The notes below the pieces were generated by a model. It did no database searches and was not told where the DNA came from. It saw only the letters and a program-made list of their open reading frames with translations. This document shows positions 50,150 to 58,695 of a stretch of 64,000 nt of DNA, in pieces. The position numbers were made by a program, and so were the translations under genes. The DNA comes from a virus. Location of the stretch: positions 1 to 64,000 of the IMG/VR virus record IMGVR_UViG_3300045988_046933; one strand, written 5' to 3'. The stretch's first letter is position 1, and each line of letters begins with the position of its first letter.

Positions 50150-50871
50150 TAACTTTCTATTTGCTTTTGAAGATTAGACTTTGCATTATTTCTAATAAAC
50201 TGCATTAGAGAAGCCAAGTCATCCTGAGCATCATTAACATTATCCACAGGTTTATATAAACCTATTGATAGTATTTTTACTACCATTTCTATTAAAGATG
50301 TCTGTAAAGTTTCTTCTAATGGATACTCTCTATCAAGATAGTTACATTCTAAACCCTCTGTATCACATCTTAATTCTTCAGCCTCTACAGTATTATTAAA
50401 TACTCCTTTAATTATTACTTTATTTAACTCTAAATAATTAGGATTATTAGATTTAAGATATAAGTAATTGTTAAATTCTGTTGAATATATTATGTTGCTT
50501 AACCATTTATTATATCCAACATACTTAAATCTATCAGGAGTTACATAAGTAATTTCATTATTAACAAAGGGACTTACAGTATAAACTATAGGACTAGTTA
50601 TTATTGTAGAAGGCAGTTTAGCTTTACTAACAAGAACTTTACCACTGCATAGAATGTTATTTACTAATAGTTTACTTTCTAATTCTACACAAATTGTTTG
50701 TGTATTAGAGTCTTCTATTTTACTGTTACCTTTCTTATATTTCTGTTCTAATAGGACAGCTCTAACTTTATCCAGTAAGAACAGAATATGCTCATTAGTA
50801 TAGTAAGAATCATCACTTTTAAGCTTTAATAAATCCTTACTCATGTATATTAATTCTCTATATGTACTCAT
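50149..50871 (-). CDS. tail-module protein, first gene of its unit
   Basis: 240-aa ORF directly downstream of a promoter-like box. Confidence 0.55.
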   Translation of the reverse strand: MSTYRELIYMSKDLLKLKSDDSYYTNEHILFLLDKVRAVLLEQKYKKGNSKIEDSNTQTICVELESKLLVNNILCSGKVLVSKAKLPSTIITSPIVYTVSPFVNNEITYVTPDRFKYVGYNKWLSNIIYSTEFNNYLYLKSNNPNYLELNKVIIKGVFNNTVEAEELRCDTEGLECNYLDREYPLEETLQTSLIEMVVKILSIGLYKPVDNVNDAQDDLASLMQFIRNNAKSNLQKQIES

Positions 50872-50890
50872 AATAAAAAATCTTCTTATG

Positions 50891-50922
50891 CAAAGGTATT
50901 AAAAATCATACAATTACACAAG
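50891..50922 (-). promoter_or_regulatory. Bacteroidota-type promoter for the tail unit
   Basis: Minus strand: CTTG (50922-19), a 20-nt spacer, then TACCTTTG (50898-91) followed by CATAAGAAG. It lies 20 nt upstream of the ATG at 50871. Confidence 0.55.
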
Positions 50923-50953
50923 AAGATTACTATAAATATTGGGGTTATGTTAA

Positions 50954-51175
50954 TTACTTAGTAAATATACAATAGGAACAATTCAATGTATCTTTAATTC
51001 TATTGAATAATGCAATATCTTCAGAAGTATTAAATTCCTTTAAAGGTTCTTTACTACAGTCATCTATTAAAGATGCAATAAGTAAAGCTACTATACTACT
51101 TTCTTCTACATATCCTATTGTTTTTAAAGTGTCTAAATATTGAATTATAGAGGATGTTAAGTCATACATGGGCAT
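50954..51175 (-). CDS. hypothetical small structural-module protein
   Basis: 73-aa ORF overlapping the upstream gene by 19 nt. Confidence 0.45.
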   Translation of the reverse strand: MPMYDLTSSIIQYLDTLKTIGYVEESSIVALLIASLIDDCSKEPLKEFNTSEDIALFNRIKDTLNCSYCIFTK

Positions 51176-51690
51176 TTACTTTTGATTGTTATTGTGTTAT
51201 TTGTAAAATAATCTTTATATAACTTAGCTGCCTTATCAAATTGTCCATTCTCCATAGCCATATCTAAAGCTTTATATTTTAGATATTTAGTAGCTAATTC
51301 ATCAGGGAATTTACAATCTCTTATATTATTCAAAGCACATACAAAAGAATCATATATAGGTTTTCTATTAAATGTATATCCTATATATTCATATGCTTTA
51401 TCTTCACCACATGGAGCATCTACAGGAATTGTAGATGGCTCAACATAGAAAAATAGAGGAACATCTTTAATACTTAAGTTGATGTCTTCTGTATTTAAAA
51501 CTACTCCCTTTTTATTTCCCACATCTAATAAAACAGCTCTTTCACTAGGACCAGTACTAGATACAGTTTTTATTGTATCTATTAGTACTCTTTTTATATA
51601 AACATTCTCCAGATAAGCTTCCTTTTTAACTTCTATTATAATAGAAATCTTATCATTGATATAATCAGTATTTATTTGAGATTTAAACAT
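51157..51690 (-). CDS. structural-module protein, function unknown
   Basis: 177-aa ORF. Confidence 0.55.
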   Translation of the reverse strand: MFKSQINTDYINDKISIIIEVKKEAYLENVYIKRVLIDTIKTVSSTGPSERAVLLDVGNKKGVVLNTEDINLSIKDVPLFFYVEPSTIPVDAPCGEDKAYEYIGYTFNRKPIYDSFVCALNNIRDCKFPDELATKYLKYKALDMAMENGQFDKAAKLYKDYFTNNTITIKSKCPCMT

Positions 51691-51693
51691 AGC

Positions 51694-51729
51694 TATAAAA
51701 ATAAAAAAGGAGAGGGGTCACCTCTCCTT
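51694..51729 (-). terminator. rho-independent terminator after the 361-aa gene
   Basis: AAGGAGAGG (51707-15) pairs with CCTCTCCTT (51721-29). The loop is 5 nt. TTTTTTATTTTTAT follows on the minus strand. Confidence 0.8.
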
Positions 51730-51733
51730 ATGG

Positions 51734-52819
51734 TTAATCTAATTCTGTACCTACTTGTGACTTCTTGACAGTAACTCCTACAGCTGTAGAAATAGCTGTA
51801 ATCCATGTTTTGAATGTAGTTATTGCATCATGTGGGAATACTATTGTGAGAAGCTTTTCACTTCTTTGAACACCTACACCTTCATCAGAGAAGTAATAAT
51901 GAATATCCAGTGTGTCATATTCTTTAGAAACATCAAGCATATATTGAGTATGAATATTGTTAGGATAATTCATACCTCTGTATTGGTCACCTCTCTCACC
52001 CATGCAGAACCACTCAAGGTCAGCAAGATTCTTACTATTTGTTACATAGTCTTTAGTAACATCTGTAGTATCTGTAACAGTGCCCCAAGTTACTTCATCA
52101 CCATTAAGTGTGATAGTAGTAGGAACTACATCAAAATATACAGGTACTTGCTTCATAGTACCAAGATGCCAAGGCTGCTCTACTTCTACAATTCTAAGAT
52201 AATCAATATCCTCAACTACTTTAGCACCTGTAGACTCATAGAAGAAGTTCTTAGTTTTATTAGCTTCCTCTGTGCTTATAACAGCATTAGGAAGAACTTC
52301 TTTGAAACCTCTTGCATCAAAGCCACCCTTACTTACAGTAGCTTTTGAGTGTACTTCAATTTTAATAACCTTAGTAAGCTCTCTGCTGAAGTTCTTAGCA
52401 AGAGAAAGAGCTAAAGTCTTATAGAACATATCAGCTGTCATACCTTCAACAGCATGAACTGCACCATACTTTAAATAAATGTTAGTATCAGAATTACCTC
52501 TGAATTGTCTGAAAGATACTCTAAGAATATAATCTTGACCTGATACAGGTACACCTTTATTAGCTGTTAAAGCTACTTTATAACTCTTCTTAGCTTTTCT
52601 CAACTTTTGACCAGAAGTAAGAGTCATGCTTACTATTTTATTCTTATCAATAAGGTCACTTCTGAGTACCTCATTTAAGCCATTCATGTATGTAAAATAC
52701 AATGAATCTTCAAAAGTTTTGTAACTTAAGTCACCTGCTGTTGCAGGTGCAACACCTGCATTTTGACTTTTAGTTGCGACAAATAAATGTCTGTTTTGAT
52801 TTACAGAAAAAACTGCCAT
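51734..52819 (-). CDS. abundant capsid-associated protein candidate (auxiliary/decoration-type), function not proven
   Basis: 361-aa ORF, bracketed by an upstream hairpin and a strong downstream terminator. It is the fourth gene after the major capsid gene. Confidence 0.4.
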   Translation of the reverse strand: MAVFSVNQNRHLFVATKSQNAGVAPATAGDLSYKTFEDSLYFTYMNGLNEVLRSDLIDKNKIVSMTLTSGQKLRKAKKSYKVALTANKGVPVSGQDYILRVSFRQFRGNSDTNIYLKYGAVHAVEGMTADMFYKTLALSLAKNFSRELTKVIKIEVHSKATVSKGGFDARGFKEVLPNAVISTEEANKTKNFFYESTGAKVVEDIDYLRIVEVEQPWHLGTMKQVPVYFDVVPTTITLNGDEVTWGTVTDTTDVTKDYVTNSKNLADLEWFCMGERGDQYRGMNYPNNIHTQYMLDVSKEYDTLDIHYYFSDEGVGVQRSEKLLTIVFPHDAITTFKTWITAISTAVGVTVKKSQVGTELD

Positions 52820-52843
52820 TTTATTTTAAATTAAATTAAACAT

Positions 52844-52865
52844 AGAGTAGTTTAACGACTACTCT
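52844..52865 (-). promoter_or_regulatory. intercistronic stem-loop overlapping the stop of the 209-aa gene
   Basis: AGAGTAGT (52844-51) pairs with ACTACTCT (52858-65). The loop is 6 nt. No clean U-tract follows. Confidence 0.35.
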
Positions 52866-53481
52866 TTAACAAAGTTTTTGATTGAATTGCTAATTGCACT
52901 GCTTTATCTAATATTTCTCTATGTATAGATTCAGAAGCCTCTATTGTGGTAGATTTCTTAGATTCATTATTTATAGTTAAACCATTTGGTAAATCTACTA
53001 ATATTATAGGAGAAGGATTAGATAAATAAGTCATGGTATAACTTACTATCGGTAAATCTGTTATTAGTTTTATTTTATCTTCTGATAATCTGAGAACCTT
53101 TGATTTACTACCTCTAAAAGGATTTCCTACAGTTTCATTATATTCATCTTGAGTTATAGGAAGTACACTAACTCTCTCACTGGATTTACAGGTAGTAGCT
53201 ATATTAGCATATTCTTTTAATATATATAAAAAGTTATCAGGATAATCCAACTCTATATTAGTAATATCTTTTATAGGATAGATTTCGTCCTTTATTAATG
53301 TATTTAAATAGCTATTAAGTTCTTCAGTACCTTCATAGTTTCTATATAAGTCTTTTATAATATATTCTTGAGCCTTAGTTAGATATATACTCTTCTCATA
53401 TTCATTAAAGACTAAAGACTGAGAATTATCATAGCTATTTACAATAACATCAAACTCATTAGATAATTCTTCTAAAGTCAT
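52852..53481 (-). CDS. head-completion/connector-type protein candidate, short paralog
   Basis: MTLEELSNEFDVIVNSYDN...FNEYEKSIYLTKAQEYIIKDLY ... IHREILDKAVQLAI. Its ends are collinear with those of the adjacent 384-aa ORF. Confidence 0.4.
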   Translation of the reverse strand: MTLEELSNEFDVIVNSYDNSQSLVFNEYEKSIYLTKAQEYIIKDLYRNYEGTEELNSYLNTLIKDEIYPIKDITNIELDYPDNFLYILKEYANIATTCKSSERVSVLPITQDEYNETVGNPFRGSKSKVLRLSEDKIKLITDLPIVSYTMTYLSNPSPIILVDLPNGLTINNESKKSTTIEASESIHREILDKAVQLAIQSKTLLKSSR

Positions 53482-54632
53482 TGTTGTATTAGTTTACCTA
53501 ATTCTGTACTACTGTTTTTACCTATAGCTAATTGTGATTGTAAATCACCAAGATAATATGCTTTAGCTAATTCTACTGCTCTCTTTAATATTTCAGGGTG
53601 CATTTCATCAGGCAATTCACAAGTTGATTGTTCTCTTCTATTTCTAATAGAAAGTTCTAAATCAGTTAAGTCTGAAAGTATTATAGGTCTAGGTACTTTC
53701 ACATATCTTATTGTATAACTAACATCAAGAGGAGTTTCTTTTGGATAATATATTATATTAAAAACACCAAATGTTTTATAATTTCCTTGTAAATCAGTTA
53801 CTGCTGGTATCTCAGCTTTATATGTACCAACTTTACCAACAGATGTTATTATACCATCTGAATTTAAAGGTTTAATATACTTACTAAGTCCTTTCTTTTT
53901 AAGAGTATTAGCATCCATTAACCGGTACATATAATTGGAAATATTAACCATACCATTATTTACTGTATTACTTAAATTTAGAGTAATGTCAACAGCTTCA
54001 TTGGATTCCCTTACTACAACAAAATCATTCAGGACATTTCCATTTTTTATATTAATTTCTATATTTAAAGGTTTATGATAAATGCTTTCAAAAGTAATAT
54101 TTTTACTACTTATATCTTTATCATCTGATACATGTATTACCTTGAGAGCAGCTACTTCTCCATCAATACTGGAGTCTAATCTCCATGCCTGTCTTTTATT
54201 AGGATAAGGAAAAGGCTTAGACATTAATAGATTATAGGTATCATAAGATATAGGAAATACTATATAATTATTATCTTTAGCAATAAGATGTTCATTTAAT
54301 ATCAGAAATACATCATTAGGAATTAAAAATAAAGTATTAGCATCATTATTTAGGAGAGGTATGTCTACTTTAGTGGTTATTGTGTCATAAAAAACTATAT
54401 GTTTTAAACTCTTAATTTTAATGAGTGTGCTAAAATCATAATGTCTTTTTTGACTACCATCTAGACCTACACCTGTAGTATTATTGTTAGCTACAAAATA
54501 AGATTTAATTAATTCTTCTTGAGCAAGAGTTAATAGTACAGATTTCTCATAGTCATTAAAGCCTGGAGCTGCATTACTAGTAATGCTATTATAAAGAACA
54601 TCAAATTCTGTAGAAAACTCTTCTAGTGTCAT
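53478..54632 (-). CDS. head-completion/connector-type protein candidate, long paralog
   Basis: MTLEEFSTEFDVLYNSITSN...FNDYEKSVLLTLAQEELIKSYF ... MHPEILKRAVELAKAYY. It carries a large central insertion relative to the 209-aa paralog. Confidence 0.4.
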   Translation of the reverse strand: MTLEEFSTEFDVLYNSITSNAAPGFNDYEKSVLLTLAQEELIKSYFVANNNTTGVGLDGSQKRHYDFSTLIKIKSLKHIVFYDTITTKVDIPLLNNDANTLFLIPNDVFLILNEHLIAKDNNYIVFPISYDTYNLLMSKPFPYPNKRQAWRLDSSIDGEVAALKVIHVSDDKDISSKNITFESIYHKPLNIEINIKNGNVLNDFVVVRESNEAVDITLNLSNTVNNGMVNISNYMYRLMDANTLKKKGLSKYIKPLNSDGIITSVGKVGTYKAEIPAVTDLQGNYKTFGVFNIIYYPKETPLDVSYTIRYVKVPRPIILSDLTDLELSIRNRREQSTCELPDEMHPEILKRAVELAKAYYLGDLQSQLAIGKNSSTELGKLIQQ

Positions 54633-54638
54633 AATTAA

Positions 54639-55577
54639 TTACTTTAAATTAGTTTCCAAACTAAATTTAATAGTTTGATTTTTAGGTAGATTAAGCCATT
54701 GTGATGCTACATTTAATGTAGGTTCACCTGCATCACACATAGGAGTACTACCTTCTTTAATATAATATTGATTTCCTCTCTTAACTATAGTACCTGCTTC
54801 AATACTCTTTCTAATAAGAACCTTAGTAGGAAGCAATGGGTCACTAGCTACTTTGAGGAACATTTTGCTATTACTTTGAATAAGGTCATTAATCTTGGTC
54901 TGCAAGAAGTCTTTCTTGGTATTCTTATGTACAGTAACACCTGTAAGAGTTTCTATAACTACTCTTAATGCATCTACATCATCTTCAATCTTACCATATA
55001 GAGTATAGCATTGCATTAAAATTGTCATATTCTTCTTAGCAGTCTTTGTCTCTTCACCTTCTGCAATAATAACAAATTGATATGTTGCTTTTGGAAAGTC
55101 TTCAAGTTCCTTCATTGAAGGGGCTATAAAGTCCTTGTTAGCAAGAAGAATCTTATATTTAATATAGTCATTAGGATTACTTAAATCAAGGAAATTATCC
55201 TGCTTTCTTAAAGTAACTTTTGATATACCTACTTCATTGCTATCATCCCAAAAATTATTATTTTTTCTATATATACTGAGAGCATTTGGCTCTAATCCCA
55301 TATATTTCTCTAAGAAATTTTTTTCAGCATTAGACAATACATTAACATATCTACCAGAGGATAACATAGGAACTACAAAAGTTCTTGTAGAACCTTCAGC
55401 CATACCACCAAATAATACATGCTTAGGGTTAGTTATCATTCTACTCTGTTTAGGTAAATGTCTTATAATTATCTTTTCATTTCTTAGACAGTTAATTAAA
55501 GTTTCTCCTTCTTTAGAAGGGACTGCTTCAGTATTTTCTGTATCAATAGACACATTCTTTATATCTTCCTTTGCCAT
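54639..55577 (-). CDS. capsid-module protein, function unknown
   Basis: 312-aa ORF immediately after the major capsid gene. Confidence 0.55.
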   Translation of the reverse strand: MAKEDIKNVSIDTENTEAVPSKEGETLINCLRNEKIIIRHLPKQSRMITNPKHVLFGGMAEGSTRTFVVPMLSSGRYVNVLSNAEKNFLEKYMGLEPNALSIYRKNNNFWDDSNEVGISKVTLRKQDNFLDLSNPNDYIKYKILLANKDFIAPSMKELEDFPKATYQFVIIAEGEETKTAKKNMTILMQCYTLYGKIEDDVDALRVVIETLTGVTVHKNTKKDFLQTKINDLIQSNSKMFLKVASDPLLPTKVLIRKSIEAGTIVKRGNQYYIKEGSTPMCDAGEPTLNVASQWLNLPKNQTIKFSLETNLK

Positions 55578-55595
55578 TTCTTTTAATTTAAATAT

Positions 55596-55623
55596 AGGAG
55601 AAGAGTTAAAATACTCTTCTCCT
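55596..55623 (-). promoter_or_regulatory. stem-loop directly after the major capsid gene (attenuator or mRNA-stabiliser candidate)
   Basis: AGGAGAAGAGT (55596-606) pairs with ACTCTTCTCCT (55613-23). The stem is 11 bp and the loop is 6 nt. The downstream U-tract on the minus strand is weak. Confidence 0.45.
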
Positions 55624-55643
55624 TTTAAGTTTTTAATCAGTTT

Positions 55644-57149
55644 TTATCCTTGCAGTATAGCTGGAATAAATGACATAGTTCTTGTTGGGTCAAGTACACA
55701 TACACCAAATGTAGTCATTTTGTGTATAGTAGCACTATCCTCATCATGTGACATATAGTCATTATTCATTGCACCAGTAAAAGGATTTCTCATGCCAGCT
55801 TGGTAGCCTCTATATTCAGGAGCACCCTTAATCTGACATTTAAAGATATTAGGTTGGTCCATAGAACCAATATCCATAATATCAAATCTATATGAACTTG
55901 CAGGACCTCCTAATGGATGCTGTACTTTATTCTGTACAGGGTCATCGTAGAAATTATCTACTTCTACTTTTATAGTAACACCATTAGGTGCTCTAAACTC
56001 AGTAAACTGATAACCTGCTGCAAGAGCTGTTTGGTGTAAAGGACTGCCTGTCTTCTGTACAATATTTAATGCATCAGCATTAACTGTAAATTGAGTCCAG
56101 CCAGATACTGTATCACCTACTGCTTTACTGAATAAAGCAGCACCTCTCATACCTGTTTTAAGTACAAATACTCTGTCCTTAATATCAAGTGTACCTGCTG
56201 ATAGTTCATATAAAGCATCTTCAATCATCTTTAGTGAGAAATGATTATAATAGTGGGTATTTGCAACTTCTAATTGCTCAAATAAGCCACTGCCCATTCT
56301 AATTACTTCACCACTTTTACCAAAGTTTAAATATTCACCATTAGCATTTCTATTAGAAGTACCCCAAGCTAGAGCAATATTCTTATAGTCACTCCATTGC
56401 TGCTCTAAAACCCAGTCTACATTATGCATCCATGTGTTAGCTACGACAGTTTTACCAGTAGCTTCATCCTTCATAGGAATACCTACTGCAAGTTTTCTAT
56501 TAAGCATAGCACCTGAAACTTTGTGTTGAATTCTAATAGTAGTCCACTCATTACGCATACTTACAGGAGTGTTAAATCTTATATCACCGACTTTACGGCT
56601 TAATTCTCTTTCTACAGGAGCAAAACCTACAGAGAATCTTTCACCTGCAAGTAGTCTTTCTGAAGGAACACCTGAAGTAATACCACCCATTACTTCACAC
56701 TTATACACAGCATTAGTTCCTTCCATTCTTGCTTCACCAAGTATCCTTATAGGATATACTTGATTTAAATTACCAAAAATTACTTCACCATCAGCGAAGT
56801 AGTCCTCTGCAAATACTAAATAAAATGGAGAAGTATTAGTACCTACAGGAGAATCACCTGCAACTACAGGTGTACCATCTTCTTTTCTTGCCTCTACTAG
56901 TGGAATATTCTTTCTAGCACTAGAAATAACATCCCAGTAGTATTCTGAATCATCCTCAAATTCTTTAACAGGGAATCTGCTTAAGAAGGTATCTAGAGTT
57001 TTACCTCTCTTAGCTGCAAGTAATTCCACCATCATATTAGATGCTTTTTGAGGACCTAATTGATAGATTGCAGAGATGTGGTTGAGCTTGCTCAAGCCCT
57101 TCCAACCATCAAAGCCTACCATCTGAAACTTACCTAATTGTCCAGCCAT
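55644..57149 (-). CDS. major capsid protein candidate (HK97-fold expected)
   Basis: 501-aa ORF directly after an acidic coiled-coil scaffold-like gene. It is the second gene of a unit with a strong promoter, and a hairpin follows it. The size fits crAss-like MCPs. No motif-level proof. Confidence 0.6.
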   Translation of the reverse strand: MAGQLGKFQMVGFDGWKGLSKLNHISAIYQLGPQKASNMMVELLAAKRGKTLDTFLSRFPVKEFEDDSEYYWDVISSARKNIPLVEARKEDGTPVVAGDSPVGTNTSPFYLVFAEDYFADGEVIFGNLNQVYPIRILGEARMEGTNAVYKCEVMGGITSGVPSERLLAGERFSVGFAPVERELSRKVGDIRFNTPVSMRNEWTTIRIQHKVSGAMLNRKLAVGIPMKDEATGKTVVANTWMHNVDWVLEQQWSDYKNIALAWGTSNRNANGEYLNFGKSGEVIRMGSGLFEQLEVANTHYYNHFSLKMIEDALYELSAGTLDIKDRVFVLKTGMRGAALFSKAVGDTVSGWTQFTVNADALNIVQKTGSPLHQTALAAGYQFTEFRAPNGVTIKVEVDNFYDDPVQNKVQHPLGGPASSYRFDIMDIGSMDQPNIFKCQIKGAPEYRGYQAGMRNPFTGAMNNDYMSHDEDSATIHKMTTFGVCVLDPTRTMSFIPAILQG

Positions 57150-57164
57150 AATTTATTTATAAAT

Positions 57165-58301
57165 TTAAATATCAAGCGTATATCTACTAAATGCAGACTC
57201 AGAGTCTGAGCTAACACCACTTGTAAATTTAAGTGTACCATTTGAGTTTCTGGCAGTGTTATTTAAGGTGTGCTCTAACTCCTTTAAACTTTTGCCAATT
57301 TCTTTCTTTACTTTACCTTTAACTAAACCATCAAGTGACTTAAAACCATCAGTTAATACATAAGTTAGACCCACATACTTTATAAAATCATTATGATTGT
57401 CTGCTTCATATTTTTGAATAGCAGTGAGTCTTTCCCCTGTTTCAGGGTCAGTAAATACTGGCTTAGAAATAGCATCAAACACTCTTTGTCTAGTATTTTT
57501 ATCTAGCTCTAAATCACCAAATGGTTTTTTATCAGAAAGAATTGATTTTTTAAGAGCTTCTGCTTGCTCTTTTAGTTCTTTCTCTTCATTTGCCTTTTCT
57601 TCCTCTGCTTCTTTTATAGCATTATTATAAGCTTTATTTACTTGGTCTTTACAGCTTTGTAAAGCTTCTTTAGCATCCTCTATATCAGTACCTGCTGCTA
57701 TAGACCTTTCAACAGCTTTAATTGCTCTTTCTTTAGAAAAACCTTTCTGAATATAATCTTCATAGATAATGTTCTTTCTAAGATTTTCCCCCTTTTCTCC
57801 CTCTTCAGAAATAGAGTCTTCAGTAATACTATTCAGTATTTTCATATTATTCTCATATCTCTGAACTTGAGTAGGTTCTATTCCTGCATTAAGAGCTTGG
57901 TCAATTCTTTTCTGCTTTTCATCAAGTTTAGATTGAATTTGCTGCTCTACTAAATCTAAAAAAGATTCTGCATCACTAACCTTAGAAAGAGCTTCCTCAT
58001 TAAGGTTTTGGAAGACACCATCTTCTGCAAAGGTTTTGGCAATGGAAGAGTAGAAGTTGGGAGAAGTACCTTCTTTAGAAGAGGTATCTTCCTTTTCCTT
58101 ATTATTATCTCCACTACCTACGCTCTCTGATTCCTCAGTAAATAAATTATTTACATCAACAACCTCAGTAGTTTCTTTATTTTCTTCTTTATCCTTTGAA
58201 GTTTCTACTTCATTTTCTTCAGTAGACTCCTGTGATTCCTGACTAAAGAGGTTTGCAGCCTCTTCTCCAGTCATAATGTTATCTAATGATAAACCTTCCA
58301 T
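57165..58301 (-). CDS. scaffolding protein candidate
   Basis: 378 aa. The N-terminus is very acidic (ESQESTEENEVETSKDKEENKE). Long Lys/Glu helical regions follow. It lies immediately upstream of the capsid gene. Confidence 0.5.
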   Translation of the reverse strand: MEGLSLDNIMTGEEAANLFSQESQESTEENEVETSKDKEENKETTEVVDVNNLFTEESESVGSGDNNKEKEDTSSKEGTSPNFYSSIAKTFAEDGVFQNLNEEALSKVSDAESFLDLVEQQIQSKLDEKQKRIDQALNAGIEPTQVQRYENNMKILNSITEDSISEEGEKGENLRKNIIYEDYIQKGFSKERAIKAVERSIAAGTDIEDAKEALQSCKDQVNKAYNNAIKEAEEEKANEEKELKEQAEALKKSILSDKKPFGDLELDKNTRQRVFDAISKPVFTDPETGERLTAIQKYEADNHNDFIKYVGLTYVLTDGFKSLDGLVKGKVKKEIGKSLKELEHTLNNTARNSNGTLKFTSGVSSDSESAFSRYTLDI

Positions 58302-58329
58302 ATTATTACTTCTTTGTTAAACTTCTATG

Positions 58330-58359
58330 CAAAGGTAATAATATTAAACTTATTACAAA
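58330..58359 (-). promoter_or_regulatory. Bacteroidota-type promoter for the scaffold/capsid unit
   Basis: Minus strand: TTTG (58359-56), an 18-nt spacer, then TACCTTTG (58337-30) followed by CATAGAAG. It lies 29 nt upstream of the ATG at 58301. Confidence 0.65.
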
Positions 58360-58391
58360 AATATATAATAAAAATATTAATAATATAATAA

Positions 58392-58415
58392 AAGGGATAC
58401 TAATAAGTATCCCTT
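58392..58415 (-). terminator. hairpin terminator of the mini transcription unit
   Basis: AAGGGATAC (58392-400) pairs with GTATCCCTT (58407-15). The loop is 6 nt. TTATTATATTATT follows on the minus strand. Confidence 0.5.
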
Positions 58416-58420
58416 ATACA

Positions 58421-58560
58421 TTAAAGTTCTACAATAGAATATAAAGCTTCTTCAAGTATTAATTGAGCTAAGTTACCACTCATATGTGCAGCTTCCTCTG
58501 AATAAGGATTGAAGAGTTTAAACCTCCACCCTCAGAGTCAAAAACATAAGTTTTTTCCAT
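58421..58560 (-). other. micro-ORF split over two frames. The zero frame is 58480-58560 (26 aa). The -1 frame continues to the stop at 58421-58423, giving a 46-aa fusion.
   Basis: The zero frame reads MEKTYVFDSEGGGLN.... The heptamer T_TTA_AAC (58522-58516) is in the X_XXY_YYZ register. The -1 frame is open from 9 nt upstream of the heptamer and reads LFNPYSEEAAHMSGNLAQLILEEALYSIVEL. Confidence 0.35.
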
Positions 58561-58606
58561 AATGTTTCTTAATTTATAATTAGTAATTATTTGTAAGCTT
58601 ACATTG

Positions 58607-58614
58607 CAAAATTA
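58607..58614 (-). promoter_or_regulatory. -7 box (TAATTTTG) in front of the mini unit
   Basis: The minus strand reads TAATTTTGCAATG. No good -33 TTTG was found. It lies 46 nt upstream of the ATG at 58560. Confidence 0.4.
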
Positions 58615-58651
58615 CATATACTTAATCAAGAAACATAACGATGCTAATACA

Positions 58652-58690
58652 CAAAAAAAACACTCCTAAAGCCTTGACTTTAAGAGTGTT
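58652..58690 (-). terminator. strong rho-independent terminator ending the accessory cassette
   Basis: Minus strand: AACACTCTTAAAG pairs with CTTTAGGAGTGTT. The stem is 13 bp with one G-U pair, and the loop is TCAAGG. TTTTTTTT follows. Confidence 0.85.
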
Positions 58691-58695
58691 ACAAT

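Noticed and set aside
58421-58522. A stimulatory RNA structure downstream of the T_TTA_AAC heptamer
   Set aside because: Hand folding of the 40 nt after the heptamer gives only 4-bp stems (CTTC/GAAG or TCCT/AGGA). No convincing hairpin or pseudoknot is present, so programmed frameshifting remains only one of several explanations.
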